Assembly: GCA_004211905.1 (NCBI GenBank) | Contig: SHBP01000001.1 | Span: 317,589 to 381,588 of the forward strand | DNA from: SAR92 clade bacterium | GTDB taxonomy: Bacteria > Pseudomonadota > Gammaproteobacteria > Pseudomonadales > Porticoccaceae | Length of the DNA: 64,000 bases | Direction of reading: 5' to 3' | Part shown: positions 58,283 to 64,000 of the stretch, piece by piece | Layout of the letters: the number at the start of each line of letters is the position of its first letter | Position numbering within the stretch: position 1 is the stretch's first letter | Translations under genes and position numbers: made by a program | Notes under the pieces: generated by a model | Databases searched by the model: none | Seen by the model: the letters and a program-made list of their open reading frames with translations, nothing else | What the model was told of the DNA's origin: nothing

Positions 58283-59758
58283 TCAACGCTGGGAGGTTTT
58301 TTCTAACTCCTTCAAAATATCAAGGTGTTTGGCTCGAGTAAGCCGATACCGCGCATAAAATGGCAGCGCACAAAAGCCTGCGATGCACATGATTGGTCCT
58401 GCGAATAAACCCAAACGCCAGATGACATCAGCGTCGACTTCACCAGGCACCGCATCAAAGGGAAAAACAATATACACATCTAGAATTATGCCACCAAAAA
58501 AGTGACCCGCTGAGTTGGATGCTTTTGCGAAGAAAGCGCGCGCTGAATAGATCAAGCCTTCCTGACGCAGACCGAAAAGCAACTCGTTTTCATCCGCTAT
58601 GTCACCCAAGATCGACATCATCGCAACGGCTCCCGCGGCGGCGCACATCACCGAAACCATTCCGTTAAACATTATTATTGGGAGCAAATATTCAGATCCA
58701 TTGGCGGGCATCAAATCGAATAAGCGCAGAACTAAGGGTATTGGACCAATTATCAATAAACCAAGAAGCCCACCGATCAGCACCGGCTTACGGTCAAATT
58801 TTCTCATCAATCTAGGAGACGCAGTCGCACCGATGATAATGGCGGGGACTCCCACCAGGCCGAACCATTTGATTTGCTCAGGTTTAAATTCCCAAAAATA
58901 GGTTGCAATAAAGACCGACAAGGTATCACTAAGCCCAACTGAAATCATGAGCAAGAAAAATCCAATCATCAAAAAAGTGTAGTTGGGATTAGCGAAAACG
59001 CCGACCATCTCTCGATAGAAACTCAAGAGCGATCTTCGCGCGTCACTCTTAGCTACCGAACTTAAATAGGGCACGCGATCCAGCGTACCAAGAGCACTAA
59101 GGTTGATCATCACTAAGATAATCCCGCAGGCGGTTAGAACCACAGGTGGATACGCCGATGCATCTAGGTGTTTAGGCACGACGGACCCGTCTGCCAATAG
59201 GCTTTCGCCACTCAGAAAAAAGCCCCAGACTGAGAAAGAAAATAGCGCGCCTGATACATATCCAATGATCGCGTTTGAACTGAACAGCCTTGAGCGCTCA
59301 TTGGGGTCCTTGGCCAACTCAGCGCCTAATGCATGATGCGGGATGGTATACAGCGTGACAAACACGCGCCCGCATATAGTCCAAACAGCTAACCAGGCAA
59401 ACAGCCATATCTGATTGGGTTCACCTGCAACGCCCCCCGTTAGAAAATCCGGTGGACTGAAAATTGCGTACAGAGAGACAGCGAGGGGAATAGGCGCGGT
59501 AAAAAGAAAGGGGTGGCGTCTGCCTAACCGCGAACGCCAGCGATCAGAAATCATCCCAACCATAGGGTCGGAGATAGCGTCGCCGATCGTAGCAAGCATG
59601 ATCGCAGTGCCTATCAGCGAATTGGAAAGACCTATTGCCTGGTTGTAGTAAATGACGATAAAGGTGTTAAACATGCCGAGGAAAACAACCTCTCCCACCT
59701 CCCCGATTCCATAAGCTAGCGTAGTCCTGAATGGCAAAGGTGCTCGTGTAGTTTCCAT
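58283..59758 (-). CDS. MFS transporter (GPH/MelB-like)
   Basis: DAISDPMVG.ISD....GRRHPF, IPHHALG.E, DIADENEL..G.RQEG; paralog of 30992-32524. Confidence 0.9.
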   Translation of the reverse strand: METTRAPLPFRTTLAYGIGEVGEVVFLGMFNTFIVIYYNQAIGLSNSLIGTAIMLATIGDAISDPMVGMISDRWRSRLGRRHPFLFTAPIPLAVSLYAIFSPPDFLTGGVAGEPNQIWLFAWLAVWTICGRVFVTLYTIPHHALGAELAKDPNERSRLFSSNAIIGYVSGALFSFSVWGFFLSGESLLADGSVVPKHLDASAYPPVVLTACGIILVMINLSALGTLDRVPYLSSVAKSDARRSLLSFYREMVGVFANPNYTFLMIGFFLLMISVGLSDTLSVFIATYFWEFKPEQIKWFGLVGVPAIIIGATASPRLMRKFDRKPVLIGGLLGLLIIGPIPLVLRLFDLMPANGSEYLLPIIMFNGMVSVMCAAAGAVAMMSILGDIADENELLFGLRQEGLIYSARAFFAKASNSAGHFFGGIILDVYIVFPFDAVPGEVDADVIWRLGLFAGPIMCIAGFCALPFYARYRLTRAKHLDILKELEKTSQR

Positions 59759-60324
59759 TTGGCCTCTCTGCTACTGGTTGCTAAATCGGTTAACGCTAGT
59801 ATTTTTCACTGCGCTTCGTCGGAAAGGTGAATTGCTAATTACGTCACTATTAGTAACCACATCAAACATTAACAGCCCCTTATTACGCCATTTATGGCGT
59901 CAGTTTTTCTTCTCTTCAATGAGAGTTACACCCTCACTGACACGATCGCAGCGCGCGCGAAGCATCTATAAATGGCCGTGCACTAATCTTCACTATTTTA
60001 CTGAAGTTATAATAGAGAAGAAAAAATTGCAAGAGGTATTAGGCACTTCGTTCTTGAGGTGCCTCGCCATACTGTTGTGCAAATATGCCATCGCTTTTTC
60101 GCAATGCCTAAAACTCAGCAGCAGACTATCCCCAGTAAAAATAGCGTGCTAAATGCTAAAAAGTCCCTACTCAGTTCCTCTGTTGCTCAAATAAAGTACT
60201 GAGTATTTAAAGGAGCCCAAAAGAGATCGGTAGTGGCAACGGCTGCAAAAAATACATACGCACCCTTTACTTTTAGTTTAGTGTTTATATAATAGTGTAA
60301 ATTCAGAAGACAAGGAACACGAGG

Positions 60325-61503
60325 ATGAGTACACAGCAATCACACCGCGAAGGTAGAATCATTCATGACGCAGACAGTCACATAATCGAATATCCTGGGT
60401 GGCTGGAGAGTTATTCCAGCGAATACGTTAAAGCCAACCTTAAGCCCAGCCGATTAACGACAGACAATCCATTATTTAAGCGAATTATAGATCAGGCCGA
60501 TAAGCGTCTGGCAGGCAATGATCCGGAGCTGACAGAAACGTTGAAATCGAACATCTTCGGCGCGCGGGAAAAGCTCAATATGTGGGCAGCCTTCGGAGCG
60601 ACCAAGAAGGCAGAAAGAAGTGAATCACTGGATATAATGGGTGTTAGCTCGCAGCTGATCTTTCCCAGCATCGCGATGGCGCGTTTTTCTCGCACCCCTG
60701 ATATGGACTTGATGTACGGCGGCGCGGACGCCTTGAATCGTGGCATGGCAGACTTTTGTGCTGACGATCCTCGCATGCTGGCAGTGGGCCATGTACCCCT
60801 TAATGATCCATTGCGCGCACAGGATTGTCTTAAAAAAGCGCTGAAGCTTGGCATTCGCTCAATCTGGGTCATTGCAGATTCAGTCGAAGGCCGCGCCCCT
60901 TCTCATCTGGACTACGACCCTCTCTGGGCGATGATGGAGGAAGCCGGAGTGGCTGTCACCCTGCACATCGGTAGTGGGGTAAATATGCCTCCGGAGTATA
61001 TGAACACCGGTGAAGAGCGTGAGCTGAAAGGGAACCCATTCAATATAGAAAGCACCAAAGCTCATGACATACCTGTATTGCACCACGCCATAGAGCGCTG
61101 GCTAACCTGCATGATCTACCATGGTGTTCTGGAGCGCTTTCCGCGCCTCAAAGTCGGCATTATCGAATTGGGCGCCAATTGGCTTCCCACCACACTCGCC
61201 AATTTAGACATTGGCCGTTTTCATTTGGGGAAGTTTGACACGAGCTTAGACAAGCTTTCACTAAAACCATCAGAGTATATTCACAGACAGGTTCGCGTCG
61301 CGCCCTTGCATATGGAAGACGCCGGTTGGATTTTACGCAATGTTGGCAAAGACATTCTAATGTTCAACACAGACTATCCTCACCCCGAGGGTGGCAGCGA
61401 CCCCTTCGGTGACTTTGAACGTAGCCTCAACGCCGTAGACGCTACCCCAGAGGAATTGGACAACTTCTACAGTAAGAACTTCGAATTTTATATGGGCCTG
61501 TAG
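60325..61503 (+). CDS. Amidohydrolase_2-family metallohydrolase
   Basis: IHDADSH, LHIGSG, FNTDYPHPEG; close paralog of 21429-22616. Confidence 0.9.
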   Translation: MSTQQSHREGRIIHDADSHIIEYPGWLESYSSEYVKANLKPSRLTTDNPLFKRIIDQADKRLAGNDPELTETLKSNIFGAREKLNMWAAFGATKKAERSESLDIMGVSSQLIFPSIAMARFSRTPDMDLMYGGADALNRGMADFCADDPRMLAVGHVPLNDPLRAQDCLKKALKLGIRSIWVIADSVEGRAPSHLDYDPLWAMMEEAGVAVTLHIGSGVNMPPEYMNTGEERELKGNPFNIESTKAHDIPVLHHAIERWLTCMIYHGVLERFPRLKVGIIELGANWLPTTLANLDIGRFHLGKFDTSLDKLSLKPSEYIHRQVRVAPLHMEDAGWILRNVGKDILMFNTDYPHPEGGSDPFGDFERSLNAVDATPEELDNFYSKNFEFYMGL

Positions 61504-61514
61504 TACTTCCCTAA

Positions 61515-61549
61515 TCGCGCGCGGCCAGCAGAGACTGGTCGCCGCGCGA
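61515..61549. terminator. GC-rich hairpin between convergent genes
   Basis: TCGCGCGCGGCCAG-CAGAGA-CTGGTCGCCGCGCGA. Confidence 0.5.
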
Positions 61550-61557
61550 ATTCACTG

Positions 61558-62151
61558 TCAGGTTTTAAAGGCCTCTACACCGTTCAGAATAAAACTGACG
61601 GTATCCTCCACCATTTTTTTCCGGCTACCACCATATCTGGCATAGTGCCTAGCAGCTTCGATAGAAGCACCGGATGCTAGGGCGATGACATGACCAGCTT
61701 GGGAGGGTGTAAGATGGTACATCTCTTTCACAGTAGCCACCAGAAACTGCCCAGTTTTGCGTAAATCATCTTTCTGTCTCTCTTTGTTTACTTCTTGTAG
61801 TTCCGGCTGCGCGCCTAAAATATGAGCAATTCCGCCCAGAGTAAACTGTTTGAAATTGAGGTTAACAAAAACTCTCACCACATCCTCAAAATTTTCTGCT
61901 ACAGATAACTCCTCTCTGACACTAAGGGCATAACTCTCATACTCTCTCGCCCAAAGATCCTGTAAAAGCTCCAGCCGAGTATCAAAGTACTTGTATATCA
62001 ATGGATTGCTAACACCAGCTTCGAAAGCTAGGGTGTCCATAGTGAAACCAGAAAAGCCCTTCTTCAAAAGCAGTTCTCTGGCAGTATCCAGCAATTGATT
62101 TCGACGGCCCTCAGGAGAAAGGCGAGTGCGCTTATTGCCACTCATAATCAT
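61558..62151 (-). CDS. TetR/AcrR-family regulator
   Basis: RTRLSPEGRRNQLLDTA...FTMDTLA.EAGVSNPLIYKYF. Confidence 0.9.
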   Translation of the reverse strand: MIMSGNKRTRLSPEGRRNQLLDTARELLLKKGFSGFTMDTLAFEAGVSNPLIYKYFDTRLELLQDLWAREYESYALSVREELSVAENFEDVVRVFVNLNFKQFTLGGIAHILGAQPELQEVNKERQKDDLRKTGQFLVATVKEMYHLTPSQAGHVIALASGASIEAARHYARYGGSRKKMVEDTVSFILNGVEAFKT

Positions 62152-62159
62152 GTTTCCTT

Positions 62160-62258
62160 TTAATTTAATAAGCTTTGGTTATTAGCAACGAATGCTATAA
62201 AAGAATATCCTATTGCGCCTAATGTTAGAAAAATTAGATACTTTTTTTGTCTTTTCAT
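62160..62258 (-). pseudogene. 32-codon signal-peptide-like stub starting 1 nt after att copy 2
   Basis: ...GAA TAA A ATG; MKRQKKYLIFLTLGAIGYSFIAFVANNQSLLN*. Confidence 0.5.
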
Positions 62259-62259
62259 T

Positions 62260-62344
62260 TTATTCCCACTCAATAGTAGACGCTTCTGAAACCCTTATAA
62301 AAAGACGGTTACAGCCAGATAGAAAGTAGTTTGTCACGACTGTT
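62260..62344 (-). repeat. guaA-3'-end-like attachment site, copy 2
   Basis: Minus strand TCT ACT ATT GAG TGG GAA TAA (STIEWE*); degenerate ATAAA-centred palindrome; AAAGTAGTTTGTCACGACTGTT at 62323. Confidence 0.85.
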
Positions 62345-62391
62345 TTATTATTTTGTCTACCATAACCCCAATTGCTCCAGTTTCACTGGTT

Positions 62392-63822
62392 TTAGTTGCT
62401 TGATTCAATAGATATTATAGAATAAAGAGATGCATCAATTCCTGCCTTGTAATCAGCAAAGGTAAAAGGCACCGGTATGTCAGGTTCAAGAGATCCTACA
62501 GAGGTAGGATATTTAAAATCTGTCCAATAACATTGGATCCAATCTTCGCAACCATATAGTTGATCATGCAATCCTCTTGCAGCTGTCATTCCAATACCTG
62601 AATTAGGAAGAATAAAAGCATTGGTCTCCCCCCAACTCAAAGGACTATCTCCAATTCTACGACCCACAATAATTAGTTCATTATGTAGAGCTTCTTTAAG
62701 AAACCCTAGTGAGCTAATACCTGCTGAGAAAGTTTCATGACCAGTTATGGCGTAAACCCTTGAGCTCTCTGGTATTAGCTCTGGGATCTCAAACATTAGA
62801 TCAACTGTTTTTGTGTAGTCACCCCCACCATTAAAACGTTGATCAAAAATTAATACTTCTGGTTTGAATGAAGAAATTTCTTGTCTGATCTTTTTATTAA
62901 ATTCTGAAATACTCATTTGCTGGCCATCGTTATTTTGGCGGTATTGAATATAAAGCATTCCAAGATCACTGAGTCGACTTAATTGAAACTCATCATTCGT
63001 TTTTAAATAAAGTGGATCATAGTTTGTATCATTAGAAAAACTGATAAATTGCTTGTTATGATCATGATCGAATTGAGGCATTAACCACACCCAAGGAGAT
63101 TGTATGTGCCTATCCTTTTGAGGAGGTATTGCTTTAATTTGAAACGCTTCAACACTGCCTTCATTATTAATGGTCGTCACATCCAAGTTAAGCTTATTGT
63201 CTATAAATCCCAGCTCAAAAAGGAATGCTGTGTTTTGAATTAAGAATGGTAAGGCGTATGCAACAAAACCACTATCCTCGCCACCATAATATCCTCTGAA
63301 AGCATCTTTAATTACCTCAATATCGGCATTACCAATATGAGTAACTCTAGCCCCTAGCAAGCTTGCATATTCGTTAGTTGTAGCAACTATATGATAGCCG
63401 TCATCAAACCAATATCCCTGATAAGGCATAGATGGGTAGCGCTTGGCCCTTGAACCATTCCAAACATTGGAATGACCGTTTTCTCCTAGTGCAACTATTT
63501 CGCTTATTGCCAGCTCAAATCTCGCTTGAGAGAGTTTATCTACCTCCTTCCTCAATTTATTAATTTTACTTAAAGCTATACCTCTTGCTCTAAAATGAAA
63601 GCTTCGATCATAACCTCTTACATAATTTTCAAAATACTCTAAATCCTGCAAGCGGGCTTCTTTCTCATTATTTGGAGTAGGAAAATTTGCATTAGGTGCA
63701 TCAGGATAAAACAGCAGGTTTCTTGTTAACTCGGGAATTCCAATGAAACCAATCAACAAAAATATCGCTAAAGTAAAAATTAAAGCAATATTCTTTTTAC
63801 TTATTTTTGAATTCTTATTCAA
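62392..63822 (-). CDS. S41-family peptidase-like exported protein
   Basis: N-terminal TM/signal, D.H-like NGHS motif, IFDQRFNGGGD, TFSAG, IIVG...G; TTG start 1 nt after the att-core TAA. Confidence 0.75.
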   Translation of the reverse strand: MNKNSKISKKNIALIFTLAIFLLIGFIGIPELTRNLLFYPDAPNANFPTPNNEKEARLQDLEYFENYVRGYDRSFHFRARGIALSKINKLRKEVDKLSQARFELAISEIVALGENGHSNVWNGSRAKRYPSMPYQGYWFDDGYHIVATTNEYASLLGARVTHIGNADIEVIKDAFRGYYGGEDSGFVAYALPFLIQNTAFLFELGFIDNKLNLDVTTINNEGSVEAFQIKAIPPQKDRHIQSPWVWLMPQFDHDHNKQFISFSNDTNYDPLYLKTNDEFQLSRLSDLGMLYIQYRQNNDGQQMSISEFNKKIRQEISSFKPEVLIFDQRFNGGGDYTKTVDLMFEIPELIPESSRVYAITGHETFSAGISSLGFLKEALHNELIIVGRRIGDSPLSWGETNAFILPNSGIGMTAARGLHDQLYGCEDWIQCYWTDFKYPTSVGSLEPDIPVPFTFADYKAGIDASLYSIISIESSN

Positions 63823-63823
63823 T

Positions 63824-63908
63824 TTATTCCCACTCCATAGCTTGAAAACCTGTAACCCCTATAAACGAGGGGTTACAGAGAGATAAAAAGTAGTTTGTCA
63901 CGACTGTT
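63824..63908 (-). repeat. guaA-3'-end-like attachment site, copy 3
   Basis: Minus strand GCT ATG GAG TGG GAA TAA; perfect palindrome CTGTAACCCCT-ATAAACG-AGGGGTTACAG (63850-63878); AAAGTAGTTTGTCACGACTGTT at 63887. Confidence 0.85.
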
Positions 63909-63946
63909 CTGTGCTTCCTGAATCGCAGAGTTGTTTTCAGTCATGC

Positions 63947-64000
63947 TCATACCCATTGGGAATCAGCCACAGTGGCAATTATCGCATCCGCTGCTCGCTC
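63947..64000 (-). CDS. 3' end of an ORF entering from outside the window (possibly a tyrosine integrase)
   Basis: ERAADAIIATVADSQWV*; only 17 residues visible. Confidence 0.25.
   Translation of the reverse strand, partial: ERAADAIIATVADSQWV

Larger units (their letters stand above)
19974..62259. mobile_element. 42,286-bp unit between att copies 1 and 2 (putative integrated island, no integrase seen)
   Basis: Bounded by identical 17-bp cores TTATTCCCACTCAATAG in direct orientation; accessory catabolic cargo. Confidence 0.6.
62260..63823. mobile_element. 1,564-bp single-gene cassette between att copies 2 and 3
   Basis: One AT-rich ORF flanked by two nearly identical 85-bp att modules in direct orientation. 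Confidence 0.7.

Noticed and set aside
59778-60152. 124-aa plus-strand ORF between MFS and amidohydrolase
   Set aside because: TTG start without RBS, no motif, occupies a divergent promoter region.
19974-63908. Reading the att modules as canonical integron attC sites
   Set aside because: The palindrome is 29 bp, lacks RYYYAAC/GTTRRRY ends and extrahelical bases, and the conserved core matches the guaA 3' end instead. The integron comparison is functional only.
19974-63908. Reading the repeats as a CRISPR array
   Set aside because: Only three copies, separated by 1.5 kb and 42 kb, and no cas genes.
1-64000. tRNA, rRNA, IS elements or complete integrase
   Set aside because: No cloverleaf, rRNA signature, DDE/HUH transposase or R-H-R-Y integrase ORF was recognised by eye; tRNAscan/Infernal/HMM searches would be needed to exclude them formally.

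Overview
Accessory, hypervariable region. The gene families (TonB-dependent receptors, DUF3604, DUF6249-ECF, PQQ dehydrogenase) suggest a marine gammaproteobacterium, which is an inference. I recognised no rRNA, tRNA, CRISPR array, core housekeeping gene or complete integrase/transposase. The left part (1-19.7 kb) holds small regulatory modules, a haloalkane dehalogenase, an Ntn-acylase and a FecI/FecR/STN-TonB-receptor cluster followed by two GC-rich S9 peptidases. The middle (20-62 kb) is a catabolic block: hydrolases, oxidoreductases, a TonB receptor, MFS and ABC transporters, three TetR and three amidohydrolase paralogs. The most striking signal is non-coding. Three direct copies of a 17-bp core (TTATTCCCACTC[A/C]ATAG at 19974, 62260, 63824) read ..T/A-I/M-E-W-E-stop on the minus strand, the conserved 3' end of guaA and a known island attachment site. 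Each core is followed at the same 37-bp offset by an ATAAA-centred palindrome. They delimit a 1,564-bp single-gene unit and a 42,286-bp unit, neither containing a recognisable integrase. In guaA orientation each core is followed 1-11 nt later by a start codon. This suggests an integron-like cassette array built on the guaA stop codon. guaA and the recombinase are not in the window, so the mechanism is a hypothesis. GC values are by-eye estimates.
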